From a virus: a DNA stretch of 39,927 nucleotides. The stretch is from the IMG/VR virus record IMGVR_UViG_3300045988_053524, positions 1 to 39,927 of that record; one strand, written 5' to 3'. This document shows, piece by piece, positions 16,766 to 26,986 of this stretch. How positions within the stretch are numbered: position 1 is the first letter of the stretch; each line of letters starts with the position of its first letter. The notes beneath the pieces were generated by a model, which was given only the letters and a program-made list of their open reading frames with translations, ran no database searches and was not told the DNA's origin. Made by a program: the position numbers and the translations under genes.

Positions 16766-17073
16766 TCGAGTGCGCCCGTTTAGGTCTAACAGATACACGA
16801 ATCATTTATTCTTGCAGCAAAAGGGAGCTTGACGCGATTCGTGAAGGTCTATACTATCGCAGTATTGAAGAAAGAGAAAATCTTGTCGAGCTTGCCTTCA
16901 ATTTACGATACACACTTAACGCGAAAAAAGCGGAAGTAAGTAAATTGAGCAAGAAAAAGGACCGCGATAAAGTTAGACGCTTATTCAGTCCAAAAGATAA
17001 CGACAAGAGGAATAACGAGGATTTACTCGCGAAAATCGAACGATTGAACGAGCATTTCCGAAATAGACATTAA
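16585..17073 (+). CDS. gpT-like extension reached by a -1 programmed frameshift from the chaperone gene
   Basis: The -1 frame is open from 16585 to TAA 17071..17073 and has no start codon of its own near its 5' end. The heptamer T TTT TTC (zero-frame codons ggt ttt ttc) lies at 16606..16612. The ORF ends 21 nt before the tape measure start. Confidence 0.6.
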   Translation, partial: RRNGGFRFFQRKSFEVYREARIGLEVFESESRNSTRSSDGTIPDRTNGSTNWKVEERNLLIECARLGLTDTRIIYSCSKRELDAIREGLYYRSIEERENLVELAFNLRYTLNAKKAEVSKLSKKKDRDKVRRLFSPKDNDKRNNEDLLAKIERLNEHFRNRH

Positions 17074-17094
17074 AAAAAGAAAAAAGGAGGTGAA

Positions 17095-20000
17095 GTGATG
17101 GCTTTTGATGGCTCAATCGAAGCCCTTATTGGTGCGGATTTAACCGAATACGATAAGGCGATGAACGAGGTCGTGAATTCAACTAAAAAAGCGTTTGAAA
17201 CAGCGGCGCAATCTGCTTCTAAAAGCGCCAATCAGATGATTCGCGAAGTTGGGGAATTAATGAACCGGCTAGCAAGCAATAATCAATCGATAGGTTCTAA
17301 AATCGGTCAAGGTCTGACTGGTGGCTTAAAAATCGCTATGGGTGAGCTTCAGCGTATCGCTTCAAATATTGGCGCAAAATTGCCCGAACCCTTGAGAAAT
17401 GGCCTTATCCGTCTATCAAATGATATAAAAGGCATTTTTGGGACGATGAAAAACGAAATTTTGTCGTTCGGTTCAAAAGTTAATTCAGGGTTTAAAAAAG
17501 CGTTTAGTTTTGACATCGCAAACGCGATAAAATCACCAAAGAGCGCTTTTGCAGAAATGGCGAACAGTATCGACTCGATGGCGACACGAATCAGCTCGAA
17601 AGCTCATTCAATCGGTTCGGTATTTGCGAATTCTGCAAAAAATATGAGTGGACCTTACAAGTCCGCGTTTAATGATATTGCCAATAGTTTAGCAGCTTTC
17701 GAGGCTCGCGTTTTATCGGTAGCGCAACGAGTGACAAGCTCGCTTGGTCAAAGGGTTTTAAATCCTATCAATTCGTCATGGTCCAGCTTGTTTTCAGGCT
17801 TGACAACCAAAGTAAACAGCTTCGCGGATCGAGTTAGTAACTCATTCGGTGGGCGTTTGTTATCAGCAACGAACAAGCTCGCGACACACGTTGGAGGCTC
17901 GCTCGGAAATGCGTTTCAAACAACAGGACAGAAAGCTGTTAATGCTTTAACTGGAATTGTAAGCCATACGAACAGCGCTACAAGTGCTTCTAGTGGGTTA
18001 TTAAAACAAGTTATCGGAGTTGCTGCTGCATATAAAACTTTTGAACTCGGAAAGCAAGCAATCAAGAGTACTGTTTCAAAAGCGGCCGAGTTCGAAGCTA
18101 AAATGAGCAATATCAAGGCTGTTACTGGCGAAAGCGAAGAAACGATGAAGAAATTCAACGACGCAGCTATTAAAGCCGGGGCAGACACAGCCTTTTCAGC
18201 AGCAGAAGCAGCGGACGCCGTGGGTGAACTAGCGAAAGCTGGGGTTTCCACGCAAGACATCCTAAATGGTGGACTTACCGCGTCGCTAAACCTAGCAACC
18301 GCTGGGGAGCTCGACTTGAAGGAAGCAGCGGAAATCACTTCGACAGCTTTAAACGCGTTCAAGCGTGACGGCATGAATGCAACGCAAGCAGCGAACCAAC
18401 TCGCGGGAGCAGCGAACGCTTCAGCGACAGACGTCCACGAATTGAAGTACGGGCTTTCTATGGTCGCTCCGGTCGCTTCAGGGCTTGGTTTATCATTCCG
18501 TGATACCACGAACGCCCTCGCAGTATTCGCGCAAAACGGACTTAAAGGTTCGGACGCTGGGACTTCGCTCAAGACAATGCTTATGAACTTGCAACCGACA
18601 ACCAAGGGGCAGTATAAAGCAATGCAAGAACTCGGAATCATTACCGAGGACGGGGCAAACCAATTCTTCACAGCAGAAGGAAAAGTAAAATCGTTCGCGG
18701 AAATTTCTCAAGTTTTGAAAGATAAGTTGGGAAATTTAACGGACGCAGAAAAACAAATGGCCTTGAAGACGTTATTCGGTACGGACGCGGTGCGTGCTGC
18801 AACTATCGCGATGAACGAGGGGGCAGATGGCGCAAACAATATGCAAGCCGCTATCGATAAAGTGACGGCTTCACAAGTAGCAGCGGAAAAATTGAACAAC
18901 TTAAAAGGGGCTATCGAGGCCTTGAGTGGTTCGTTTGAAACGTTGCAAATCCAGGTCGGGACGGCAGTCTTGCCGGTGCTTACAACGTTAGTAAAATACG
19001 TTGATAAGTTAGTGGATAAAATTTCCAACTCTAAGGGGTTGCAAACATTCCTTGACGCTTTAAACTCATTGAATCCAGCTCTTAATCAGTTTTTGAACGG
19101 AACAAAAATGACCGAGGAACAAGCGCGCAAATTTGAAAGCGTAATGGTCAGACTAAAACCAGCTATCGCTGGGGTGGTAGGTGCTTTCGCGTTTGGTCCG
19201 GCGGTTCGCAATCTTACCTCACTCTCTAAGGGTTTGGGGTTTGCTGCTTCTAAAACGCTAGAATTCGGAAGTGCTGCATCGGGTAGTTTAAAAACGGCTA
19301 GCGGTTTAGTATCTAACTTCGCGGGCAAAATGATGGGAATTCCGGGGGCTATTGGAAGCGCTGCTTCACAAGGCCTTTCGATTTTAAGTATGATGACAAG
19401 CGGAATTTCTTCAGTTATGGGAATCGCTCTTGCTGCTATTGGTCCAGCAGCTATTCTCGGGCTTGTTGTCGCCGGTTTAGGTTTAATCAATCGCCAATTC
19501 GAAAAACAGATAGATCAGTTACTAAATACGGTAACGACTAAAGGTCCACAGATTATTCAGAAGCTCGTAAGTGGCATTACTAGTCAATTACCAAGCCTTA
19601 TCGCTTCCGGTGCGGACTTAATCGCAAAACTGGCGCAAACATTCGCGACAATGTTTCCGGTTATTGTAAATGCTGGAATTCAGCTTATCGCTAGCTTAGT
19701 GCAAGGGGTGGGGCAAAACGCCGGCTCTTTAATATCTTCAGCAATAACGATTATCGGAACGCTTGTAAATACGTTACTATCAGCATTACCGCAATTACTT
19801 TCTATCGGTATGCAATTATTGGTAAACGTAACACAAGGTATTTTGCAAAATATCCCGCAATTACTTTCGACGGCTCAACAAATTGTGACGAACTTTATCA
19901 GTAACTTGCAAGCGAATTTCCCTCAAATTTTAGAACAAGGGATTCAAATCTTGATGAACGTCGTAAAAGGTATCGTTCAAGCGTTACCGACGATTATTCA

Positions 20001-21798
20001 GATTGCGACACAAGTTATTGTTGGATTTATCCGAACAATTATCCAAAACTTGCCGGCTATCTTACAAGGTGGTATTCAGCTCATTGTGACACTTGTTCAA
20101 GGGCTTATCAATGCCTTACCACAGATTGCACAATCTGGCGTACAAATTATCGGTCAGTTAATCATGGGAATCGCTCAAGCCTTACCACAACTTGTTATGG
20201 CTGGTTTGCAATTGATTATCCAACTTGCAATGGCTATCATTACCGGATTACCTAAAATTGTCAAAGCAGCTTGGGATATTATCATGGGATTCGGTAAAGC
20301 AGCTCTCGAGTTCATTCCGAACGCGCTTAAAGGCGTAGGCGAAGCAGTAGGGAACTTCTTCGGCGGTATCTGGGACTGGATCAGTGGAAAAACTGAAGAA
20401 GGCGGAGCGAAGGTTCAAGCGACAATCAACGCGACATCGGACCATATCGAATCTCGAAGCGGAACGACAACAGCTAAAATCACAGCAGACGCTTCTCTTG
20501 CAAATACGGGCGTAAGTACGAATTATCAACAAATGCAATCGAGCGTTAGCGCGTCCACGGGCACTATGTTAACGGACGTCAATAATAATATGCTGGGTAT
20601 TACCGACAGCGCTACAACTCAGACTACGACAATGCAGCAAAATGTTTCGTCTAACTTTGGTCTTATGAACGCAAACGGGACTTTGCAAACTCAACAGTTC
20701 GCAACAAATAGCGACTTGGCGTTCACTCAAGCGCAAACAAACGCGACAGCACAAACAAGCGCCATGAGTTCAAATGTTGTTTCAAATGTTAGTGATTTAA
20801 ACGCGAACGCAAGCTATCAACTAGATCAGTTGCTTAATAATGCCAACGCAAGTACGGCCGGAGTATCGACTACCGCGAACACGAACGCCCAACTTGCGAA
20901 TTCTGGAGTTGTGAGCAACTTCCAACAAATGCAAGCGGGCGCAACAGCCGCTACAAATACGTTAGCAACAAGCGCGGAATCTGATTTCAATCGCGTTTCA
21001 CAAAGCGCGGAACAATCAAGCTCGCAGTTATCGCAATCGATTGCGAAAAATTATCAAGAAATGCAAAATACCGTTGAAAAAGCTATGCAAGCAACGGCTC
21101 AAGCGGTTCAAACTGGACTTGATAAAATTTCACAAGTTAGCAATCAAAGCGGTTCGCAGATGGCTAAAGCGTTCAATGATACATTTAGCAATATTACGAC
21201 AAGCGCAGCTAGCGGAATGAACTATTTTGGTAACACAATACAAACAGGACTCTCTCGCGTTACGTCGTTAGCTTCTAGCGCGAACAATAACATTACCGCA
21301 ACGTTTAGAAGCCTTCCAGGCTTGTTAAATAGTGTCGGTTATAATGCGGGGATTGGCCTATATAATGGTCTTGCTTCAATGGCTGGGGCTCTGTATTCAC
21401 TAGCGAATAGTATTGCTTCAAATATTGCGGCAACCATGCGGTCAGCTCTTTCTATCCATTCGCCTTCCCGGGTTATGGATAAGATAGGGGGCTTCACGGG
21501 TGAAGGGCTCTATAATGGTATGTCTAGCTGGGTGAAAGATATTTACGACGTATCGAAACAATACGCGCAAGCTATCACGGATCAAGATTATCAAACAAAT
21601 AGTGTACTTACCACATCCGCAAGCGTTACAAGTGCGGGCGTTCGTTCTTCGCTTGAAAACTTGAGCGACGACGTTAAGAACTCACAATTATCTGAACGTA
21701 AGTTTGAAGTCCATAACGAAATTGTGGGCGACAAGATTTATACAACAATCAAAGAGAAAGACGCTAGAAAACAAGCACTTTCTGAATATTTCACGTAA
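17095..21798 (+). CDS. Tape measure protein
   Basis: 1567 aa. It has Ala/Ser/Gln-rich helical repeats, a hydrophobic repeat block and the C-terminal IHSPSRVM motif. RBS AAGGAGG. The start is GTG 17095 or ATG 17098. Confidence 0.9.
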   Translation: MMAFDGSIEALIGADLTEYDKAMNEVVNSTKKAFETAAQSASKSANQMIREVGELMNRLASNNQSIGSKIGQGLTGGLKIAMGELQRIASNIGAKLPEPLRNGLIRLSNDIKGIFGTMKNEILSFGSKVNSGFKKAFSFDIANAIKSPKSAFAEMANSIDSMATRISSKAHSIGSVFANSAKNMSGPYKSAFNDIANSLAAFEARVLSVAQRVTSSLGQRVLNPINSSWSSLFSGLTTKVNSFADRVSNSFGGRLLSATNKLATHVGGSLGNAFQTTGQKAVNALTGIVSHTNSATSASSGLLKQVIGVAAAYKTFELGKQAIKSTVSKAAEFEAKMSNIKAVTGESEETMKKFNDAAIKAGADTAFSAAEAADAVGELAKAGVSTQDILNGGLTASLNLATAGELDLKEAAEITSTALNAFKRDGMNATQAANQLAGAANASATDVHELKYGLSMVAPVASGLGLSFRDTTNALAVFAQNGLKGSDAGTSLKTMLMNLQPTTKGQYKAMQELGIITEDGANQFFTAEGKVKSFAEISQVLKDKLGNLTDAEKQMALKTLFGTDAVRAATIAMNEGADGANNMQAAIDKVTASQVAAEKLNNLKGAIEALSGSFETLQIQVGTAVLPVLTTLVKYVDKLVDKISNSKGLQTFLDALNSLNPALNQFLNGTKMTEEQARKFESVMVRLKPAIAGVVGAFAFGPAVRNLTSLSKGLGFAASKTLEFGSAASGSLKTASGLVSNFAGKMMGIPGAIGSAASQGLSILSMMTSGISSVMGIALAAIGPAAILGLVVAGLGLINRQFEKQIDQLLNTVTTKGPQIIQKLVSGITSQLPSLIASGADLIAKLAQTFATMFPVIVNAGIQLIASLVQGVGQNAGSLISSAITIIGTLVNTLLSALPQLLSIGMQLLVNVTQGILQNIPQLLSTAQQIVTNFISNLQANFPQILEQGIQILMNVVKGIVQALPTIIQIATQVIVGFIRTIIQNLPAILQGGIQLIVTLVQGLINALPQIAQSGVQIIGQLIMGIAQALPQLVMAGLQLIIQLAMAIITGLPKIVKAAWDIIMGFGKAALEFIPNALKGVGEAVGNFFGGIWDWISGKTEEGGAKVQATINATSDHIESRSGTTTAKITADASLANTGVSTNYQQMQSSVSASTGTMLTDVNNNMLGITDSATTQTTTMQQNVSSNFGLMNANGTLQTQQFATNSDLAFTQAQTNATAQTSAMSSNVVSNVSDLNANASYQLDQLLNNANASTAGVSTTANTNAQLANSGVVSNFQQMQAGATAATNTLATSAESDFNRVSQSAEQSSSQLSQSIAKNYQEMQNTVEKAMQATAQAVQTGLDKISQVSNQSGSQMAKAFNDTFSNITTSAASGMNYFGNTIQTGLSRVTSLASSANNNITATFRSLPGLLNSVGYNAGIGLYNGLASMAGALYSLANSIASNIAATMRSALSIHSPSRVMDKIGGFTGEGLYNGMSSWVKDIYDVSKQYAQAITDQDYQTNSVLTTSASVTSAGVRSSLENLSDDVKNSQLSERKFEVHNEIVGDKIYTTIKEKDARKQALSEYFT

Positions 21799-21808
21799 GG
21801 GGGGACTC

Positions 21809-22672
21809 ATGGATTTATTGATTGAAAAAAACGGTCAGGTTCGGAGATTGTCCGATCTGGGCTTATATAATATCGTGGTTGATGATTCCTCCCCGGCCGT
21901 GGATATTTCGACACGAACGGTAAAAGGTCGCAATGGTCGAATTTTCGACGGCTTGACCTATACCGAAAAAACAATAGAAGTAAAGGCAAGGCTTACCGTC
22001 CCAACGATGGAAGCCTTTTTTGATAAAAAAGACGAATTGAACCGATACGTTTTAGGTGATGATGGTTTTTACATTACCAAAATGTACCCCGAACGCGATG
22101 ATTTATACGAGTTCGAGTTAGCCGGACAAACAACGGGCGAATTAGACCTCGGAACGATACCTCATAGGGAATGGAAATATCGTTATAAGGTCGTCAATAA
22201 TGGTTCGGTTGAATATGAGTTTATCGGAAAATCTTCCGCCGGTTTGAAGTATAACGTTTCTTTTGGTTTTGTGACTTCGGAATTACCGTATGGTGAAACA
22301 TCTCCGAAAAATATCACATTTTTAGCAAATACGTTTGATTATGCGGGGACGGCTACACTTAGTCAGTTAGAAGTTCCGTTTATTGTTGAATTAACAGTAG
22401 GAGCTCAACAAACGAATTTCTATCTTGAGATTGACGGGCGACGGTTTACATATAATCACGCTCAAACGCCTCTTCAAGAGGGAAATAAATTATGGCTAAA
22501 AGGGATAGAAACTCAATTATTTACTGATTCTAATTCTAACGGTATTAATGTCAACAATCGGACGAATTTTGAGTATTTCGTGATTAAACCGAAAGCGAAT
22601 AAAGAAATCCCGTGGTTTTCAAATTTTAAAGGCACAATCAAAATACTCGGATTTAAAGAATTATACAAATAG
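21809..22672 (+). CDS. Distal tail protein (Dit)
   Basis: It follows the tape measure gene. ATG 21809 follows AAGGGGGG. The listed 21704 start would overlap the TMP gene by about 95 nt. Confidence 0.65.
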   Translation: MDLLIEKNGQVRRLSDLGLYNIVVDDSSPAVDISTRTVKGRNGRIFDGLTYTEKTIEVKARLTVPTMEAFFDKKDELNRYVLGDDGFYITKMYPERDDLYEFELAGQTTGELDLGTIPHREWKYRYKVVNNGSVEYEFIGKSSAGLKYNVSFGFVTSELPYGETSPKNITFLANTFDYAGTATLSQLEVPFIVELTVGAQQTNFYLEIDGRRFTYNHAQTPLQEGNKLWLKGIETQLFTDSNSNGINVNNRTNFEYFVIKPKANKEIPWFSNFKGTIKILGFKELYK

Positions 22673-22686
22673 GAAGGAGGGAAACA

Positions 22687-25600
22687 TTGCTTACATTTTA
22701 CAATGAAAAAGGTGAAGGGTTTGGAGCACAAGTTGAATTCACGGTCAAAAATGCCGTAAATGGCGAGCGTTCCATTTCAGGGACTATTATTTCAAATGAT
22801 AGAGTTTTATCTGAAATTGACCGTGGATGGAAATTTGAGCTTAACGGCGAATTTTTTACCATCATTTACGCCAAGCCTCGAGATGAGGGGCGCAACCTTT
22901 CCGTTTCCTTCGACGCTGTTCACCAATTCTTTTATGACTTCGATCACTCGAACTGTTATACCGAATTCAACGGATCACATCGTTTTGAAGTGTATATTGA
23001 AGCTATCTTTAAAGATAGCGGTTATCGATATCAGATTGAGCCAAACGTAAGAGTGAATTCTATTCGTAAGGAAAACTTCGGAAATGCCAAGCGCTTAGAA
23101 ATGTTTAAAGACATTGTAAAAGCTGCTGGGCTCGAGTTTTCCGTTTCCGGGAAAGTTGTCTTAATTACTAAAAAAATCGGTGCGGATCTTTCGACGGTCG
23201 TCCGAAAAAATTTCAATATGAATGAACTAGTGATTGAAAAGAATATCAACAAGTTCATTACCTATAAACGCGGACTCGGTGCGTGGAAGGATGAAGAAGA
23301 CCATAGCAAGGGACGATATACATCCGAATATGAAAGTCCACTAGCTAGTATTTATGGACGTATCGAAGGCGAACCGGTAACGGATGAACGTTATAAAGAT
23401 ACCGGAAAGTTATTAGAGCGCTTAAAATTTGAAGTAGATAACTCATACTCGATATCTGTCCAGCTTGATATGGAAGATTTAACCCGAGCCGGCTATCAAT
23501 ATACGCAACCGCGGGCGGGCGATTATATTATGGCTATTAACGAAACGATAGGATTCCGTGAAAAAATTCGGATTGTTTCGTTTGAAAGTTCTTATGACGT
23601 CACGGGGCGCTTGATTAACCATAAAGTGACTTGTAACGATATCGGAAGCGTTCAAAAACAGATAAGCTCTGAAGGCTCAATTATTCGCAGCGTGGGACAA
23701 AGTAAGGAATTCGCAGAAAGCGCTCTGGCGGTCGCTACAAAGGCGCTTGTTAGTGCGGATGGCAAGAATACGGTCTATTATGGCGCAACTAAACCAAAAG
23801 ACGAGCCAATCGGAACAATACGTCGCGGTGATATCCTTTACTTGACGGCTGGCGAAGATACAGAAATGTATATCTGGAATGGTTCAGAGTGGGAGCTTAA
23901 AAAGTTAAAACTTGATACAGCGGAGCTTGAAAAAGAATTCGATAAAGTCAAGAAAGCAACAGAACAAGCAAGCGAAGAAAATAAACGCAGAACTGAAGAA
24001 GCTCTAAAAAAAGCCGGAACAAGTGAAGATTTAGCAAAAGAAGCGAAGAAAATCGCAGACGAGAGCGTTAAGAATTTAAACACGTTTAAGTCAACGGCAG
24101 AACGGGCGCAAACGGCTTTGTCGGGTAACCTGGACGCTCTGAAACGAACAGTTACCAATGAAGTCAATCAAGCTTCAGAACATCGCAGAACGACCACTGA
24201 GGCTCTTAGTCGCATGACCGGGCAGATGAATGGCTTTGCGACGAAATCAGAGGTCAGACAAAATGTGGATGGTCTGACTGAGACATTCGCCAAACTAAAA
24301 ACCGATACGAACAATTTGATTTCTGGAGCTAAAAGCGATATTACTTTAGCAAAAACAGAATTTCAGAAAACAGCTGATGGATTGTCTGTTAAAATGTCAG
24401 CAGTCGAGAGCTATGTTGATCAAGATGGTCAGCGACAAGAAGCGTTGAGAAGATACACTCGAGAAGAGAGCGCACGACAAGCGACAGCAGTCCGTGATCT
24501 GGTTACAAGGGACTATGTGGGTAAATCGACTTATCAGGAGGATGTGAGAGGTCTTGAACGTCGGTTCCGTGAGATAAACACGCAGACAAACAATGATATT
24601 GCTACAAAGATTGCTCAGTATAAGCAGACGGTAGACGGTCAATTTGCAAGTATCACATCGCAAATGGCTGGCAAGGTCAATCAAACGGACTTCCAAAGAG
24701 TCAAGGAAACAAGTCAGTTATATGAGCGTATCTTAGGGAATACAGAACAAGGCTTACCTGATAAGATTTCACGTTTGGTTATGACTAACGAGATATTCCA
24801 GACTGAGGTTGGAAAATATGTAACAGATGACAACAACTTGATTGTCAATTCCATGACAATGAACAAGCATACACTTGTCAACGCGAACAGAAACGGTGTG
24901 AACGTATCAGTAAATGAGGGTGTTTTTACAGTAAAAGCGCAAGGGTTAACAAGCTATAATTTCAGTGGATTTACACTTCCAATTTACGTAAAAAAAATAT
25001 ATCGTGGAGAAACTTACACGCTTGGTTTTAAATATCGAATACGTTCAAAGCTTGATAGCGTTTTTGCCTTCAACGTCAAGAATCACAAGTTGAATAAACT
25101 CTTACTAAATGCTGATATTGGAACATCTAGCAGTCAAACCTCGAATGAATGGCAGGAATTCCAAAAAACTTTCACAGTTCAAGAGGATTTTGCTTTTGGT
25201 GAGGATACCAATTATCCATTTTACATATATTTAGCTAAAAATGGCTGGATTGAGTTCAAAGAGCCTATTTTAGTTCGTGGTTCAAAGACTGGACCATACA
25301 AGCCTAGTCAATTTGACGACGCTTACAAACAGACAAAAGAAGCTAAAGAACTAGCAGAAAGCGCTCAAACGCAGGCTATCCGAGTAGCTGAAAAGGCTGA
25401 GGAAACAAAAAGAACCTTGGAAGCAACACGGACACAAATGACACTGCTTTCTAACTCATGGTCTGTTAGAACTCTGAATGGCCCCGGCGACGTGTTGGGT
25501 GCTATCAACCTAAACCCTGACGGCTCAGTTAAAATCAACGAGGGTCTAATCTCAATCGGAGAAAAAACCTATATCAAAGACGGCGTGATTAAAAAGTCTA

Positions 25601-26208
25601 TGATTGGCAACGCTCAAATCGGGACGGCGCATATCGGAGAAATTGACGCAAGTCAAGCTAGACTTATCAATGTATCAGCTAAGAACATTGTCTCAGAGGG
25701 TTTGACAGCAAATATTATCCGAGGTGGCAAGCTATCATCCTTGAATGGTGATACTGATTTTGACTTACAAACTGGCTGGATTGAAATGAATAGTGAAGGT
25801 GTTGGTATCAGAAATCAATTTGCTGGAAGGCCTCTTCAATATCTAGTTTTCGCTCCCGGAAGAATCAATGGTAAGCTTGGTTCATATACTGCTTTAATGT
25901 CAAACTCTAAAGGTAAAATTAGCATGGATGACGGTTCAGCCGGTATTCAAATATGGAATACAAATGATAACACAAGCGCCATCAACTTGTACGGCGACGA
26001 AATAGCTATGTTATACAATGCGAACGACCCGAAAGGAATTATCTTTGATAATATCAAGAATGAAATCAGAAATATCGAAACCATGTGGATAAAAGGAAAA
26101 TCGCTTGAAATTATTTTAAATGACATTTTTTGGAATTTTAGGGTCCTTTCTGACGGTGGAGCGAAACTTCCGTACAACTATTTTAAATACTGGAATGGAG
26201 ATAAATAA
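22687..26208 (+). CDS. Tail-associated / receptor-binding protein (Tal-like N-terminus, coiled coils, CBM-like module, fibre-like C-terminus)
   Basis: 1173 aa, downstream of Dit. TTG start after GGAAGGAGGG. The central part has long charged coiled-coil segments. A beta-rich module lies at about aa 700-850. Confidence 0.7.
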   Translation: MLTFYNEKGEGFGAQVEFTVKNAVNGERSISGTIISNDRVLSEIDRGWKFELNGEFFTIIYAKPRDEGRNLSVSFDAVHQFFYDFDHSNCYTEFNGSHRFEVYIEAIFKDSGYRYQIEPNVRVNSIRKENFGNAKRLEMFKDIVKAAGLEFSVSGKVVLITKKIGADLSTVVRKNFNMNELVIEKNINKFITYKRGLGAWKDEEDHSKGRYTSEYESPLASIYGRIEGEPVTDERYKDTGKLLERLKFEVDNSYSISVQLDMEDLTRAGYQYTQPRAGDYIMAINETIGFREKIRIVSFESSYDVTGRLINHKVTCNDIGSVQKQISSEGSIIRSVGQSKEFAESALAVATKALVSADGKNTVYYGATKPKDEPIGTIRRGDILYLTAGEDTEMYIWNGSEWELKKLKLDTAELEKEFDKVKKATEQASEENKRRTEEALKKAGTSEDLAKEAKKIADESVKNLNTFKSTAERAQTALSGNLDALKRTVTNEVNQASEHRRTTTEALSRMTGQMNGFATKSEVRQNVDGLTETFAKLKTDTNNLISGAKSDITLAKTEFQKTADGLSVKMSAVESYVDQDGQRQEALRRYTREESARQATAVRDLVTRDYVGKSTYQEDVRGLERRFREINTQTNNDIATKIAQYKQTVDGQFASITSQMAGKVNQTDFQRVKETSQLYERILGNTEQGLPDKISRLVMTNEIFQTEVGKYVTDDNNLIVNSMTMNKHTLVNANRNGVNVSVNEGVFTVKAQGLTSYNFSGFTLPIYVKKIYRGETYTLGFKYRIRSKLDSVFAFNVKNHKLNKLLLNADIGTSSSQTSNEWQEFQKTFTVQEDFAFGEDTNYPFYIYLAKNGWIEFKEPILVRGSKTGPYKPSQFDDAYKQTKEAKELAESAQTQAIRVAEKAEETKRTLEATRTQMTLLSNSWSVRTLNGPGDVLGAINLNPDGSVKINEGLISIGEKTYIKDGVIKKSMIGNAQIGTAHIGEIDASQARLINVSAKNIVSEGLTANIIRGGKLSSLNGDTDFDLQTGWIEMNSEGVGIRNQFAGRPLQYLVFAPGRINGKLGSYTALMSNSKGKISMDDGSAGIQIWNTNDNTSAINLYGDEIAMLYNANDPKGIIFDNIKNEIRNIETMWIKGKSLEIILNDIFWNFRVLSDGGAKLPYNYFKYWNGDK

Positions 26209-26211
26209 TTA

Positions 26212-26358
26212 ATGAACCAAGCAGACAAAGTTATTAACGACTTAGCAATTCAACTTGCTAATAAGACGATTGAATGCGCAAATTACAAAGCTCTTTATGA
26301 AGAAGTGCAAGAACAACTTCAACAACTACAAGCAGAAAAAGAAGAAAAGGAACAATAA
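26212..26358 (+). CDS. Small coiled-coil protein (48 aa)
   Basis: Hand-translated as MNQADKVINDLAIQLANKTIECANYKALYEEVQEQLQQLQAEKEEKEQ. It fills the gap between the tail and lysis genes. Confidence 0.4.
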   Translation: MNQADKVINDLAIQLANKTIECANYKALYEEVQEQLQQLQAEKEEKEQ

Positions 26359-26361
26359 TAT

Positions 26362-26976
26362 ATGACATTTAAAGTTATCAATAAATACTTACAAGAAAAC
26401 GGCAGAACATTTGTGGCGATTCGACAAGATGCACCATATACAGCTTTTGACCGTGTTTTAATCGGTAATCACATGAATGAGTCAGACGAAGATTTGATTA
26501 AAGCAGTGATTGCTCAAGTAACGACTGAATTTAATCCAGCAGATGGTGTGAAGAAGTTACAAGAAGACTTACAAACACAAGCGCAAGAATACGAAACAAA
26601 GCTAGCTGAGAAAGATGCTAAAATTGCGGAAGTCAAAGCTGTTGCAGATTGGGCAGTATTGGTCCGTGTGACTGATGTTGACCATCCACTAGACCCTACG
26701 TTATACAAACGTGGTCTTGAATTGGTTGACCTTGGTCAAGCTGGTAAAACTTACCAACCACAAGAAATCTTCACACTTGAAAATCCAAACCACGTTGAGA
26801 AATTTCAGGAAGGGCAACGCGTCATGATTCAAGTGAATGAAGCATTCACTTATCAAGGTCAAACGCTTGAGCAACTTGCAAGTCTTGAACAAAACGGCAA
26901 ACTTGGTATCTGGAAGTGGACAGAACCAAAGAAAGAAGAGCCATCTAGCGAGCTAGATACTCAACCCATTCAGTAA
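26362..26976 (+). CDS. Hypothetical protein (204 aa) between the tail fibre and holin genes
   Basis: ORF in an operon context. No motif recognised. Confidence 0.55.
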   Translation: MTFKVINKYLQENGRTFVAIRQDAPYTAFDRVLIGNHMNESDEDLIKAVIAQVTTEFNPADGVKKLQEDLQTQAQEYETKLAEKDAKIAEVKAVADWAVLVRVTDVDHPLDPTLYKRGLELVDLGQAGKTYQPQEIFTLENPNHVEKFQEGQRVMIQVNEAFTYQGQTLEQLASLEQNGKLGIWKWTEPKKEEPSSELDTQPIQ

Positions 26977-26986
26977 GAGGTAGCTT

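Noticed and set aside
17916-18671. A 251-aa ORF on the minus strand inside the tape measure gene, with several shorter antisense ORFs at 18493..19490 and 20248..20754
   Set aside because: It is fully antisense to a strongly supported 1567-aa gene. Its Ala/Ser/Pro-rich composition mirrors the sense-strand codon bias. It has no RBS and no operon context.
21704-21808. An upstream ATG extension of the Dit ORF overlapping the tape measure 3' end by about 95 nt
   Set aside because: ATG 21809 has a strong RBS (AAGGGGGG) and lies just after the TMP stop. Long overlaps are atypical in this operon.
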